Below are positions 27,301 through 36,054 of a DNA stretch of 62,221 bases, piece by piece. How positions within the stretch are numbered: the stretch's first letter is position 1; every line of letters starts with the position of its first letter. A program made the translations under genes and the position numbers. The stretch covers positions 1 to 62,221 of IMG/VR virus record IMGVR_UViG_3300008120_000047. One strand, given 5' to 3'. The notes beneath the pieces were generated by a model. That model worked only from the letters and a program-made list of their open reading frames with translations. It did no database searches and was not told where the DNA came from. Source of the stretch: a virus. Taxonomy: Duplodnaviria > Caudoviricetes.

Positions 27301-28141
27301 TTTCAAGAACTTTATCCGCTACTTTTATGGCGTCTTCAAATCTTCCTTCGGTGGCCATCCCGCTTATTTCACTCTCTATGGCCTCTACCGCGTTACTTAG
27401 TCGGTTCTGTTCGAGAGTCGTCCTAGCGGCCCTTTCTTTTTCAACCAACCCAGCCCCAACCATCTCTGTTAATTGTAGCTCGATGTCGTTTGGGTACTTA
27501 TTCCTTATGTTAGAAGATCTTTCATATATATCTCTAAGCGACTCAGCTTCATAATCATCAACACCCTGAGCTATCTCTTCAAATTCTTTTTGGCTCCTAG
27601 CAAATGCTGCCGCCTCACGCCTTTTTCTTTTCGCCTTCTCTTGATTTATTTTTTTATCTTTTATAAGTCCAGTTATGGCGGCTTCTGTTTCCTGCCCTAA
27701 AGCAAATCCGAATTTAGACTCAAGCTCTCTTAACGCGGATCTAGCCCCTTCTTCAGAATCAGCACTAGACACTATGCCGTTCAAAGAAGAGTTTATTACA
27801 TCGTCACTAATTACTAATCTCTTGGATTCTGGATCTATACCTCCGAGGCCTCCAACCACCATTGATGGAAGCGGCTCAGGACTTTGAGAAGAAGAGCCCA
27901 AACCTGGTTTTCCCCCATCTAATCCAATAGGCTTTTCCGTCTGGACCTGATTCGGATCCGACAATTCTTTTTTTTTATTAGCCTCTACGTCTATCCCGTC
28001 TATCTCTGTAGCCAAGCTCTCAATGCCTTCGTCGTCATTGATTCCGAGGTCTGGAGCTATAACTCTGGCTATTTCTTTGTTGCTTGCTTCTGGGAGTTGA
28101 CTCTTAATATCGAGTATAAGTCGGATGGCCTTGTCTTGCAT
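18392..28141 (-). CDS. Giant (3249 aa) polyvalent internal virion/ejection protein
   Basis: Follows the nozzle and cargo genes; degenerate zincin, HhH-glycosylase-like and YNP-like segments; helical C-terminus. Confidence 0.8.
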   Translation of the reverse strand: MQDKAIRLILDIKSQLPEASNKEIARVIAPDLGINDDEGIESLATEIDGIDVEANKKKELSDPNQVQTEKPIGLDGGKPGLGSSSQSPEPLPSMVVGGLGGIDPESKRLVISDDVINSSLNGIVSSADSEEGARSALRELESKFGFALGQETEAAITGLIKDKKINQEKAKRKRREAAAFARSQKEFEEIAQGVDDYEAESLRDIYERSSNIRNKYPNDIELQLTEMVGAGLVEKERAARTTLEQNRLSNAVEAIESEISGMATEGRFEDAIKVADKVLEIKGISRRSAQDIHRQLRSAVLETEIGNEITMAYGAIDPTQAQALSARLSEAYGQEVRAEDIQESARKFSLTLVPRLTERVEIASLLPSVPLPSEEIEINLRRITKESEVRYEQAQANVEELYSSAPSVVGPDGEIVYMGLGDEGSVLTREDKAKQEFEEAKQRLALHQVYKEKMASFNSNPENGLAISALNTYNSIVPIFLAEKSGNLAEAMKSGDPASYYFRQSEEYQGLSDKNPEGVEYIGAYNSWLQGELTKNREEIALRVVEVLSGPETIGGKPRITVDQLNNIENKLKTLGVYINLTPGTDSTTGTNFITFPSFNDVALPEALVGVVDASEATLNFIARLYATAGAGFADLIPTLGNYVSDTFSGGATVEEYAQRATDESFTDQVAGLFATYKEDGFAEGAINAAKSIPQFGAAGLASYVGGPNAGFAVMSVLEAASYNESQRNNPEFASLSRPERFLATASVGVVAGTLERYFGDLALMDSFVKGGLRRMIMESRTEFGARIASRIGLGYVAPEVATEIATMFHQQLTTAYTTGDYSFFYNTNAVLDETQKTAISSGIFGGTVAGISVAKGSPDYRMLSVDASRELNLILEKTQEGSRERNDAIDQFFEKLRGNMAVLSASQDLLDYIGAVNHRDLGEINKIQNQIAILEQRVRAGSTSKEIIEELEAAHTSLENIQSKYRLPHQLTLGEGGIDTAIAANERLINRAKDRRRRAENAFGGLNDPSNAARFEEANREIERLSAKQQELAARKSELNQSGRPRRVGPLGVGGRVEVSNLEETKSLGYRVVSYDENGDAFMVYDPRGRVKINRELPVGLRNRDAALQAEVVSMRQNGASKSAIDSFLESSVIESLRRKENLTPAQELFYNKNKSGIDEAMASPLRSGDVDLDTRLAEATPSVDVTDSVSGSMTDIFGARAVSMLQNLSDKLNVRIVLADDEYSLSRSLIEAGEKSALGKLLDGAMPKGAYFNKTVYLSKNASFKDVIEEVLHAHFASLGTGAKARLIRACHAILAKDEVLARLMQDKKDVYERVGIRGLPVEEEQLAEALSMVLSKNVKLPGGPKEKLAELMEPIFEAIKKALSVFGVKTEEFSEVSKYRLIKMFSDSLVANKGLSVNQIQEKLDIEDSQEENAETQSPDEALFSFRGEKSFLYNKTVEYQETFENKQGVTTKVKNHKKTFNDYAHFRNWYNYMTNNGRDKMVSEFYYIDDQGNKKELRPPAPEVNKQTGEILGREKYNRPISYEAKELDRRFKDQKNKDQLRSNWIVVSNGIKEFISAKYGASGSATALRSYGLENADANGYVSTPSGRVLEGSIEHIQYAYSLLDEYIQERDGMGAETAMFSLDVGPARSQADFRMKFSLLADRIDSSPKSEREFHQKDMYALLRSIGVPEENAKRYAFEGDRTGAMVDSIYAQNVLHAAGRLTPLLTMTDRASRIISERAVDSVMSAFDEKIKGGTLRSMSFFEETNSAIVEFLRDSDPSDFGGQKGLDWANNNINLFKCIIAITSNGNTSFNNIALAKYVMMSLARNMAQDGSIDVKKKTIRGLMNKVENANAFKKVGVNPHRAKSIGKQLKKFINNIQGNDVGGSYDAFLMDLANKPGLETRWANSALMEFLSQKVGAWASNLIGNENVLTQDAHLVQVINVFRGSKMKRIPWKQLEKILGKENYKALETPKARIAFISDLIVRSCYENHKGMDLGFNDKQIKEISKWFNKNKKDILPTKPRGNEERSFNSKVVTRMAQEMSKLYGTNVTVATAQQMLFHLNHDQRSVAGVSGSQYQTYRDAMVAATTERASGIFDAELSERASDGLVMLMEGTELDRVYEGQAMYSLVPGESRTHGLDSFIGPNGDLLDQDNLTDVVSAYPLHSALLAQGSEPKEGQRVFAYVDPRIMSETLFPVINVSKTLSGQPMHVTSETVLTDVKFPRPSAFSMAGIATNNEGPKRHVSGKFRRPQEGDDLMTGVLIEMDPLRNNGFADENGRLIKSADEVTFIGGKMIARGNIQYYPESMNKNGLSAAETTASAATRTQAQNEDIIEAVRENLRKYMPEAYTEDEDMLLDIFDSLTPENQRAIMVNPAKKKGRLRGTAERASVSEDFYEIKNDILDNPNNYLDTQHLGAAKEELRGKSIQELVSMMRGDKLGSLMNRNDDLGVLAAIEIINRLQTEGRTEAIPGVLEDLAKMGTSVGRLLRQFAELKTSTSFGIYSMIAKLSESQGKVLSESQKNDLQLAADSFMDSYREYQALLDRAIAGEDVEVELNEAMKRHMEAQAKLDTLTNVFVDKTWSDIGIQLMQGNLLTSMSQAKNIAYNIAQMFPRTMVDLTSYPIEKLLGLMGMKTSGRRVSMAAYLHGIKKFGSGWVEAVEQVATGRSKEVAEWRMDRGFMPVRSLIAALSNDIPQTKNGRQRLNSRAKLLVAGTFGIPAETMFRFLSLGDIPFRRFAEATELYHIGVGKGLKGTELARFLKYPNREAMDKAADEGARMTFQKEGGLARGSMWIISNISRGLGKMFENNKGFDAPGFFRFFIRSNVPYVTTIANFMEESLTYISPAFGTARVASNILNNNAEEASKNATKVMVGQVFTQGALYMIAGGVLSGAVDWEDDEKTNIMYDVLPPNSINISALKRLMNGEDPTPQEGDVYKSYQTFGVLGSIMGAYAQSMTKEAAQDAINNPTKGINVLKRFLGMENASLISYMMDQSFMQGLNGMLEVITESDPEKLEIAMERYAESLSKAYTAMAIPNFFSGANMATREFLPDKRDESLMNRIFNHVKERTFNTDGLPVKVNWKGERIDQAPKGGNQFAYYMFDPYKTTTTGSDPVSIEILGIYTRTGELPKAVGTPYYASSVHRKLEVPSFKEKKARVALDKLRDRGKSYSFIGKTGEEFRFSLTAEELNDMLEMSNSHRYVHIQEFMRRPEYQNMSDAEKIDALNEINGKYNSMIEYYPDGTFMPHSVYLLDLIEKRHQSLQP

Positions 28142-28157
28142 CTATGCTGAGTTTCAG

Positions 28158-28165
28158 CAAAGATA
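28158..28165 (-). promoter_or_regulatory. -7 element upstream of giant gene
   Basis: TATCTTTG on - strand, 16 nt before ATG. Confidence 0.65.
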
Positions 28166-28216
28166 ATCCATAGTGGGGATTTTGGTAACTATCAGGCTTT
28201 TTTGAACTACTAAGTG

Positions 28217-29083
28217 TTATTTAGGTTTTGACTGATAGAGACCCCTTAATTGTTTCTCAAGTGCTTTTGATTGATCCAAAAGCAAGGTTGAATAGTCCTG
28301 TGAATTATCCAATTCTTCTTGCCCTATATCCTTGCTTCCTTTAAGGATTCTCATCGGATCCTTAGTAACATATCGCTGAATAATATCTGGTATGTTTTCT
28401 CCATTCTTGCTGTTGATTGCGTGAAAGTTTTCCGCAAGTATTTGCTCAGCGGTTATGGGGGGAAGAGCTTGTAGATTAGGCGCAAAAGGATTTGATTCTC
28501 TAGACCTTTCTTGCATATAAAAATCCAACGATTGATTGTCTCCAATAAGAAACTGACCTTCATTCATGGTTATTATTGGTGCGCTTTTACTGTCTTCAAG
28601 CTTTCCAAGCATTTCCTCGTAATGTTCTCTTTCATAAGAGTCTTGAAGTCCGTTAGACTCATACGGGTTTTCCGCTCCAGGAGCCGTTCTAACCATAGCG
28701 TCTTCATAAGACTTGTATGTCTGTCTGTATAGATCAGTTGCGTTGTCTACATAGGCGTTAAGCTGAGATATAGCCATGGCAAACTGGTCTGGATTGTCAG
28801 CAAAGTTTTCCAGGTTCTGGAGTATCTGGTCTCTCATTTTAGACACCACGGCAGCATCTCTACCCCACATGGTAGCAGGAGAGCCCTTGGCGTATATGTC
28901 TCGTATGTCCTTAGCTCTCTGTTCTGCACGCTTTCTCTCAGCATCCTCTGCCTTTGCAGCGGCCTCTTGAGCTGCCTTTTCGTATTGGCCACTTGCCTTT
29001 TGAGCCTCTACAGAAGCCTGCTCTCTTTCTTTTGCTCGTTCTCTAAGGCGGTCGAGATAGTATGAGCTTGGCTGAAACTCCAT
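28217..29083 (-). CDS. Putative internal virion (cargo) protein
   Basis: Helical and Ala/Gln/Glu-rich; lies between nozzle and giant protein. Confidence 0.6.
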   Translation of the reverse strand: MEFQPSSYYLDRLRERAKEREQASVEAQKASGQYEKAAQEAAAKAEDAERKRAEQRAKDIRDIYAKGSPATMWGRDAAVVSKMRDQILQNLENFADNPDQFAMAISQLNAYVDNATDLYRQTYKSYEDAMVRTAPGAENPYESNGLQDSYEREHYEEMLGKLEDSKSAPIITMNEGQFLIGDNQSLDFYMQERSRESNPFAPNLQALPPITAEQILAENFHAINSKNGENIPDIIQRYVTKDPMRILKGSKDIGQEELDNSQDYSTLLLDQSKALEKQLRGLYQSKPK

Positions 29084-29084
29084 A

Positions 29085-29915
29085 TTACTTGCTGTTGAAT
29101 TTTGTAAACAGAGTCTTTACGTAACGCTGAAGAGCTTCTTTCTTTTGAGAAGAAGCAAGCGACTGCATCTTAGCAGCCTGAGCTGGATTCAGTATGTACT
29201 CACCACCAGTCATCTCTCCAATCTTTGACCCCTTAGCCACGATGTCTATAGGGTTGGTTTTATGGCTGAAAGAACCTGGGGTTTTCTTAACCTGTCCTCC
29301 TTGATAAAAAGTGTTTACCTCGCCATACTTAAGCGCATTATCGCCTTCAATGCCACCGCCGCCAATCCAGTCATTTGCACCAGCAAAGTTCATCCCAGCG
29401 TTAAACAGCTCTTCCCCTCCTTGGAACATGGCCTGCCTAGCCATGTCCTTGGCGTTCTTTTTATAAAACTCTGCCTGGCTTATGGCGTCAAGCTTTGCCT
29501 GCTGCTGGCCAACATTGGCATCCATTACAGACTGCTGAGCCTGTCCATAGTTAAGCATAGCAGATTGCAGGTTCTTTTGAGACTCCCCAGCTATTTTAGC
29601 TTGATCGGCGAATGCCTGTTGCTGCACAGCACCCAGCCCTCCAAGTATAGATTTAGCGCCTCCAGACTTCAAGGCTCCTACTGAAGTGGCCTGATTCTTA
29701 GCGGCCTGCTCACGCATAAAGTCACCAACAGGGTCCTGCTTAGCCATAGCCAGATACTTGTTGTAAGTATCGGCCATCTGATAAGTAGGCGTCTTCTCAG
29801 CTTGCTTAATAAGAAAATCCCCAAACTTCTGGTCCTTCTTCTTCTGTATCTGAGCGCCAACCATATCCATTATAGCTGGCACTGCCTGTAGCGCTAATGC
29901 TCCTACTCCTACCAT
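29085..29915 (-). CDS. Putative internal virion/pilot protein
   Basis: Gly/Ala hydrophobic N-terminus, Gln-rich coil, TPG.FSH..NPI and TGGEY motifs. Confidence 0.7.
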   Translation of the reverse strand: MVGVGALALQAVPAIMDMVGAQIQKKKDQKFGDFLIKQAEKTPTYQMADTYNKYLAMAKQDPVGDFMREQAAKNQATSVGALKSGGAKSILGGLGAVQQQAFADQAKIAGESQKNLQSAMLNYGQAQQSVMDANVGQQQAKLDAISQAEFYKKNAKDMARQAMFQGGEELFNAGMNFAGANDWIGGGGIEGDNALKYGEVNTFYQGGQVKKTPGSFSHKTNPIDIVAKGSKIGEMTGGEYILNPAQAAKMQSLASSQKKEALQRYVKTLFTKFNSK

Positions 29916-29942
29916 GATGTGTATTTTTTGCTAAGTTACTTA

Positions 29943-32900
29943 TTATTCCTGTGATTGAACGTGATGGTCTTTGGAATCAGACACATTTACGTTGATGCAG
30001 TACATCTCAGATGCAGACGCTTGTGGCCCTTTTCCGTAAAGTTCTATGACTGCGTAGTGGCCCCTTGGATCTTCTCCTTTGATGCCATAGCCTTGTTGAT
30101 CTATTAAACAATAGATTCCACCATTGTTTGTCTGTATTGTTTCAGATGCGGAAAACGTAAGCGATCCATCGGCGTTTATAGAATTCAGCTGATTGGCTGG
30201 TAGCTGGATCAACTCGTTTCCATTCTGGGTAGCCGCATACAGCCTATCCCCAATCCTTAACGGTAAGTCAGAAACTCTGTTGTCAAAAAATACAGTAGTA
30301 TAATACACTCCATTCGTGACAACAGATGTAGGAGTCAGTGTTTGATTTCTTCTACCAAGCCAGACTATATTAGAAGTGGTATTGTATGTGCTTTCTAATT
30401 GGTTTTCAATGCTTATCACAGGGGAAAGCGCGTCTATGTTTCCAGATCTTCTGCTTTTAGACAGGTTATAAAACCATGTTCCTTCTCTATATACAGGCGC
30501 AGAAAGAACTTCTACAGAGTGATTTAGATCAGTTGTAAGCGTCTGAGTCAAGTAGTAAGTGGAATTGTTTGTTGCACTGCCCTCAATGGTCTCCGCTGGC
30601 CTCAGTCTGTTCTTCCCTTCTATAGATATAGAATTAAACACCTTCACGTTAGACGGAGCTGCGGCAGAGGCGGTCTTTATAGAGAAGTAATTGTTGTTGT
30701 TTGCGTAATTGTTACCAGAAGCAACGTTCTGCCCGTAAAACACACATCTACTTGTGTCCGTTTCTCCGTTATGCTTCCAGGCCATGTAGTACGGCACTCC
30801 AGTAACCTTAAAGGTAATCATGTTGCTCCCTATAGTCTCGTATCTGTCTGGAACAAAAGAGTATCTGCTTATCCAGTTTGACTTAGCAAGAGAGTAACCA
30901 ACTGTCTCCTGATCATTTATCGTCAAGTAGTAGATGTCCTCTTGAGGATCATATCCAGACTTACAAGAGCTTATGGTTTTAGGGTCAAAATAGCTCATCA
31001 TTCCGTTGTCAGAGATGACGTAAGCTTGATCGGCAGAGAACCTAATGACCTTTCTCTTGTCTGGATCCGTATAGAAGAACTGATTGTTCAGCTTAAGAAC
31101 TCCAGCGTGAAGATTACCACAGCCGAAGTCTCCAGACAAGTATCTGAATGGACCTATAACATCGCCAGATACAGCAACCGACTCCTGTCCGTCAGAGTAA
31201 GAAACTATGTTTCTGTTTACTCCAGCCATACTGGTCTTGTTCTCTTGTATCGCTACAAGGTTCTCACCCAAGGACCCTATGTAGTTCAAAGCACCATAAG
31301 CCCTGTCTGCGTATGAGAAGTTGGCAAGGCTTGGGTTGAACGAAGACAATGAGTTTTTGAGTACATCCTGCTCGTAAGCGTCACTGTATATAATACCGTT
31401 TCTTTCTGACTTGGTTCTTGACTTGTCGTACTTTACATGAGCACGACCCCTAGACCAGTCAGGCATATTTTTAATGTCAGATATACTGTTTGACTCAAGC
31501 GGAACATTAACGTACTTCCAGAGATCTGGAGACCCAACTGTTTGCCACCCATTAGTTGCGTCGTAAAAGGCAGTCTTGCATGGTGTTGTTCTTATATGAA
31601 CATCGCCCTGATTAGTGGAATTTGATCCGTGTAGCACGTATGGGTCTCTGTATGTGAACTCACACGAATTGCCAATTTCGTAGTATATTTTTTCTGAAGT
31701 ACTTTTTTTAGGAGTAAGTATTTCTACTACGCTTTTTTTTCCCCAGCGACTTGTTTCAGTCGTTGTATCGCCCCCCTCATATGCAAGTCCAGTTATGTGA
31801 TACCAATCCCACCCAATATATTTTTTCTTTGGCGGGCTGGTCATCGTCTCTGGGGCTTCCAGAACGACGAAGTCACCATGATATTTTTCGTTATTAGATT
31901 GTCCAGAAGGGGCTATAGGATTGTTTGTGGACGACAACACTTCAAACCCGACCACATTGAACTCCATTGGATAATTAGAGTTAGTATATGATCCACTGAC
32001 TTGTCTTTCTTGGGCAACTGGATACTCTGTGGCTAGAGTTGTTGTGCCGCTGTCATAGCTTATCACCCTGAGTTTGTCCCCAGGCGTGAATGAGTAATTG
32101 CGTATAGAAGACTTTTCTGATGCGTACTTCTCAAGCGTTTTTAACGAGACATATATTTTCTTGTTATTCGCATCAACCTCGTTATTCAAAAGTTTTGGAT
32201 AAGCCCCCCCAGTAGTGTAAGAGACAAACGAATCATATGTGGACGGACCAGCGTATACTATCTGGTATCTAGAAGCCCATGATGGTGGCTGTACGGTGGT
32301 TGCTGATGGACCAGAACCAAAATTAACTGATACAGATGTAGATCCATTTTTTCCGCTTCTGCCTGGGTGTCCAAATGGAAAAGAGTAAAAAGAGCCTATA
32401 ACATTCACATTGCCGCTCCTATTGTACTTGTCATAATAAACCACCCCTATCTCGTGTGTGCATCCAGCCTTGAAAGACTGTGATGTCTCAAGGCCGACTG
32501 AAGAAAACGTGTTTGGATTCACATCAACCAATGTAGTTTCATTGGAAGGAACTTGATAAAACACATTAGCCTGCTTTGTTAACTCCTTAAAGCCCTGACC
32601 CGTAATTATCGCTTCAAATTCAACTCCTGAACTAGTGTAAAAGAACTTTCTAGTGTTTTGAGAGCTTCCAGTTTTTTTTGACACCACGTTGGATATATAC
32701 GGTTTGGAAGTGAAGGCAGTGCCAGATATATTTATAAAATCATCAAAGCTCCATTCAACTTCGTAGTAGTCGTTGTCCTCTGTAAGATTTGCTAAAAACT
32801 CAACAGCTTGCGTATCAGTCCTGTAAAAATGGTAGGGCACACTGGCAAGAACCTCGGAATTTATTATAATTTTTGTGGACGACAATTCATCCTGTATCCT

Positions 32901-34415
32901 TTCTCTAAGCTGGCTAACGGTAAGGTCACTATCGGCATATATGGATATGTTTACGTATTGATCTAGATCAGACGACCTCTTAGAAAATACCTGAGTTGTT
33001 TGAGGCATTATCACCTTATAGTTTACAAGACCCAGCGTTGTCTCATAATAATGAAAAGGATCTGTCTGCCACTCGTAATTGGTTACCGTACATTTTGGAT
33101 TGAACTTAAATGAAAGTGTTGTAATGCTACCAGATGGTATTATCACACTGGAGCTGCCAAACCCATTGGTCGCCAAAAGATCTACTCTTATCTGATTCTG
33201 TCCATTTATCTTAGTTGTTACAGAAGACGTAGTGTTAGGCACGTTTATGTTCCCAGTACTTTGAGAGGAGGAATACGAAACAAGTATCTGAGCTTTAGAT
33301 ACGTCTATATTTTCCCTCCCCTCTGTATAGTTGCTATACATTAGTCTATTTCCAGCTACGCACTGTCCTATGGCCGTAAACGGTACGTTATCATACAATT
33401 TATTTACGTCGTCTTGAGAGACAGGAGAATAAAGCCCTTCATTGTAAAATTTATACTGCCTCAAAACGGGGTCATAGACATTAATACTTGTATTAAATAT
33501 ATGCCTGACAAGAGCCTTGTTAGGATCAAATTCGTCTATTACAAAAAATGCACCATCATTTCCATTCCTCCCCAGCAGTCTTACTTTTGACACACTTGCT
33601 ATGTCTGATATTGCTGACTGAGTGGCAGGAATAGACGAATAGTTTTTTCTAGCTATGTCTATTTTGCATACATTGTCTCTATAAAATTCTGAACCAGAGT
33701 TTTCTAAAGTTTCTATAGCTGTGTAGTTAGTGTATGCTATTCTTGAATATCCAGATATTGCAGACTCTTCTCCATCCCTATACAGATACTGAATCGCAAA
33801 CTGAAAGGCGTTTCCGTGCAGGTTGTTCGACAAAATGTTAGTGTCTGTATCAAAGAAGAAATGGGGGACTGTTACTGGAGCAGCCTTACAAACAGAAAGC
33901 TCAAAGTTTAAGTCCGTACTTCCATATGTACTGTACTCACCAGCTATTGCTCTGTCTACGTTTATTCTCCTTGGCTCATTAACTCCGTCTGTGAAATACA
34001 ACATAGGCGTCACTGTACCGTCTTGCCTGAAGTCTGCGTTCACTACATCGGCCTTCACGAACGAGACGTTCTGAAAGTTCAATACAGAACTAACAAGCAC
34101 AGACAACACCGTGTTTGTGCTGTTGTTGTACATGTAGATACCGCTATTTGCAGGGTTGTTGGTCTTGACAAAGAAGTACACCCTGTCTCTAGACACGTCA
34201 GCTACAGAGCCTATAATGGTTCTGTTGCCGTTAGGATTTGCCCCAGCTATATACGTAGCATAGTTGTTTCCTTTTACTGGCTTTAGAGTCCCTTCTGTGG
34301 AGCCTCCGTAGTCAGCTAGAGAAGCGTTAAACGCATCTATATAATCACCTTTCTCGAACAAGAGTGGGCTCTTGTCCTTATCCATTCTCTCGAAAAAAAG
34401 CTTATCTACAGCCAT
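29943..34415 (-). CDS. Tail nozzle/muzzle (crAss-like stabilization protein)
   Basis: MDKD...G.Y.DA.N, LYFTDG.NEPRRIN, YRDGEES, GNRLMYSNY, GYDP, W.S.YSF.P. Confidence 0.85.
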   Translation of the reverse strand: MAVDKLFFERMDKDKSPLLFEKGDYIDAFNASLADYGGSTEGTLKPVKGNNYATYIAGANPNGNRTIIGSVADVSRDRVYFFVKTNNPANSGIYMYNNSTNTVLSVLVSSVLNFQNVSFVKADVVNADFRQDGTVTPMLYFTDGVNEPRRINVDRAIAGEYSTYGSTDLNFELSVCKAAPVTVPHFFFDTDTNILSNNLHGNAFQFAIQYLYRDGEESAISGYSRIAYTNYTAIETLENSGSEFYRDNVCKIDIARKNYSSIPATQSAISDIASVSKVRLLGRNGNDGAFFVIDEFDPNKALVRHIFNTSINVYDPVLRQYKFYNEGLYSPVSQDDVNKLYDNVPFTAIGQCVAGNRLMYSNYTEGRENIDVSKAQILVSYSSSQSTGNINVPNTTSSVTTKINGQNQIRVDLLATNGFGSSSVIIPSGSITTLSFKFNPKCTVTNYEWQTDPFHYYETTLGLVNYKVIMPQTTQVFSKRSSDLDQYVNISIYADSDLTVSQLRERIQDELSSTKIIINSEVLASVPYHFYRTDTQAVEFLANLTEDNDYYEVEWSFDDFINISGTAFTSKPYISNVVSKKTGSSQNTRKFFYTSSGVEFEAIITGQGFKELTKQANVFYQVPSNETTLVDVNPNTFSSVGLETSQSFKAGCTHEIGVVYYDKYNRSGNVNVIGSFYSFPFGHPGRSGKNGSTSVSVNFGSGPSATTVQPPSWASRYQIVYAGPSTYDSFVSYTTGGAYPKLLNNEVDANNKKIYVSLKTLEKYASEKSSIRNYSFTPGDKLRVISYDSGTTTLATEYPVAQERQVSGSYTNSNYPMEFNVVGFEVLSSTNNPIAPSGQSNNEKYHGDFVVLEAPETMTSPPKKKYIGWDWYHITGLAYEGGDTTTETSRWGKKSVVEILTPKKSTSEKIYYEIGNSCEFTYRDPYVLHGSNSTNQGDVHIRTTPCKTAFYDATNGWQTVGSPDLWKYVNVPLESNSISDIKNMPDWSRGRAHVKYDKSRTKSERNGIIYSDAYEQDVLKNSLSSFNPSLANFSYADRAYGALNYIGSLGENLVAIQENKTSMAGVNRNIVSYSDGQESVAVSGDVIGPFRYLSGDFGCGNLHAGVLKLNNQFFYTDPDKRKVIRFSADQAYVISDNGMMSYFDPKTISSCKSGYDPQEDIYYLTINDQETVGYSLAKSNWISRYSFVPDRYETIGSNMITFKVTGVPYYMAWKHNGETDTSRCVFYGQNVASGNNYANNNNYFSIKTASAAAPSNVKVFNSISIEGKNRLRPAETIEGSATNNSTYYLTQTLTTDLNHSVEVLSAPVYREGTWFYNLSKSRRSGNIDALSPVISIENQLESTYNTTSNIVWLGRRNQTLTPTSVVTNGVYYTTVFFDNRVSDLPLRIGDRLYAATQNGNELIQLPANQLNSINADGSLTFSASETIQTNNGGIYCLIDQQGYGIKGEDPRGHYAVIELYGKGPQASASEMYCINVNVSDSKDHHVQSQE

Positions 34416-35239
34416 CAGAATTTAGGTGATTGCTTGAAGTTCTTTCTAATTGTTCTAAGTATCTCGTCTTTAGTGATAGAGTTCATTCTAGCGTTAGCCT
34501 TTCTGTACTCGTTGTAGTATTCAGACCTTGCTCTAGCCTTCTCGTTGGCAGGAACAGACGACTTCCTCTCAACCGCCTTGTAGTACACATAAGCCATGAG
34601 AGCTTGCTCAGCGTACACATGTACAGATGGATTTGCGCTTCTGGCCTCATCCCTCACGTACTCTATAACCACCTCCGTGATTCCGCTATTCGTAGAAAGC
34701 TCTATCCTGTTCTGGTCTAGGTTTACCCTGAAGTCTCCGTACATGTGTCCTCCGCCAACGCCATACAGCGCACCGTACGAACCATCAAGAGCGTAGTTTC
34801 TAAAGATGTACGAATCAAATGCTCCGTCTATAAGCTCTACGGATGGGGATCCAGAGGCAGTTGCTGACTTGCTGTCTACTCTATCATATACGCCGTCATT
34901 GTCTGAGTCCACGTTGTTACCGAATGCGTCAGTCAAGTACGTCTGAGAGTAGTTCAGGTTCTTGTTCTCACCAAGAGCATATACTATTCCGTTCTCTCCA
35001 ACCACTCCGATCTTAACCCAATCTACGTAGTCATCTGGAAGGTCCACTGTAGAGTTAGATGCTACAGGAAGCTTAATAGATGATACGGTTTTAAGTATGT
35101 CAAACCCCATTTCCCTTATGCCTCTGAGGGCTAGGGTTCTTATGGTGTTGTCGGATATATGACCTACGTAGTCGTCTATGTCTACGCTAAGCGCAAAGTC
35201 GTTGACTATCTGATCTATTGGTATAAAGTTTCTTGCCAT
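34415..35239 (-). CDS. Tail ring/tubular protein
   Basis: LPDDYVDWVKI motif; position before nozzle. Confidence 0.75.
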   Translation of the reverse strand: MARNFIPIDQIVNDFALSVDIDDYVGHISDNTIRTLALRGIREMGFDILKTVSSIKLPVASNSTVDLPDDYVDWVKIGVVGENGIVYALGENKNLNYSQTYLTDAFGNNVDSDNDGVYDRVDSKSATASGSPSVELIDGAFDSYIFRNYALDGSYGALYGVGGGHMYGDFRVNLDQNRIELSTNSGITEVVIEYVRDEARSANPSVHVYAEQALMAYVYYKAVERKSSVPANEKARARSEYYNEYRKANARMNSITKDEILRTIRKNFKQSPKF

Positions 35240-35245
35240 TTCTTA

Positions 35246-35992
35246 TCAGGATATTTTTTCCGACTTAGCTCTTTCTGAAGACTGAGCGCCATACGTAGCC
35301 GCAGAATCATCTCTAAGGTTCACTCCAGCCATGTTGCATATCTCGTACACTACTTCTTCTAGATAATGGTCTGGGAGGTCGAAATGTCTAGACGTGCTAG
35401 AATCAAATGCCTCTATAGAACTAGATGCAGAGTACAAAGGGACACCTACAGTCCTGACGTTGCTTGAGTTTCGGCTGGATGGGGTGCTATAGAATCTAAC
35501 CTTGATTCTGTTTATAGACGTAGGGTATACTTCTATCTTGTTCGACACAAGAGCTACTGGGGTGTTATCTGTTGGTCTGCTTATATTGCTTCTCAGCATT
35601 CTCTCGATCTTCTCTTCGTCGTAGCACACCTCTATGTTCTGCCTCGTAGACATATCCATAAGCACAGATCCATCTGTGGTGATGCTGATAATCTTGGATA
35701 TGTTGTTTGGCTTCAAGAACTGGCCAGAAGAAGCCTCCTTACTTATAGTAGCGGATGTAGCATAATAAGACATGTCTTCCAAGAACCGCTTCTCCAAAGA
35801 CTTATCTCTAGACGGGTTCAACCCAGCCCTCATCAGTCTCTTAGCGTCTTTAGATCCGTTGAATATCCTGTTGTAGATATTCATCTGAGCAAGCACAGCG
35901 AAACTATTGAATGTGGCCAGGTTAATAAATCCGTTATTCTCTTTATTTATAACGTCCTTTACTGTGTTGTATACCTGTTGTATATTAACCAT
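35246..35992 (-). CDS. Tail ring/adaptor protein
   Basis: Start moved to ATG 35992 (VYNTV...NKENNG...FN...AQ); the upstream extension is a terminator. Confidence 0.75.
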   Translation of the reverse strand: MVNIQQVYNTVKDVINKENNGFINLATFNSFAVLAQMNIYNRIFNGSKDAKRLMRAGLNPSRDKSLEKRFLEDMSYYATSATISKEASSGQFLKPNNISKIISITTDGSVLMDMSTRQNIEVCYDEEKIERMLRSNISRPTDNTPVALVSNKIEVYPTSINRIKVRFYSTPSSRNSSNVRTVGVPLYSASSSIEAFDSSTSRHFDLPDHYLEEVVYEICNMAGVNLRDDSAATYGAQSSERAKSEKIS

Positions 35993-35996
35993 AAAG

Positions 35997-36004
35997 CAAA
36001 TATA
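35997..36004 (-). promoter_or_regulatory. -7 element 4 nt before ATG
   Basis: TATATTTG-CTTT-ATG on - strand. Confidence 0.7.
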
Positions 36005-36008
36005 CGGA

Positions 36009-36041
36009 CAAAAAAAAAGGGCCGCTTTTGCGACCCTCTTT
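36009..36041 (-). terminator. Intrinsic terminator of capsid operon
   Basis: AGGGTCGC-AAAA-GCGGCCCT followed by a long T-run on - strand. Confidence 0.88.
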
Positions 36042-36054
36042 CTGTAAATCATAA

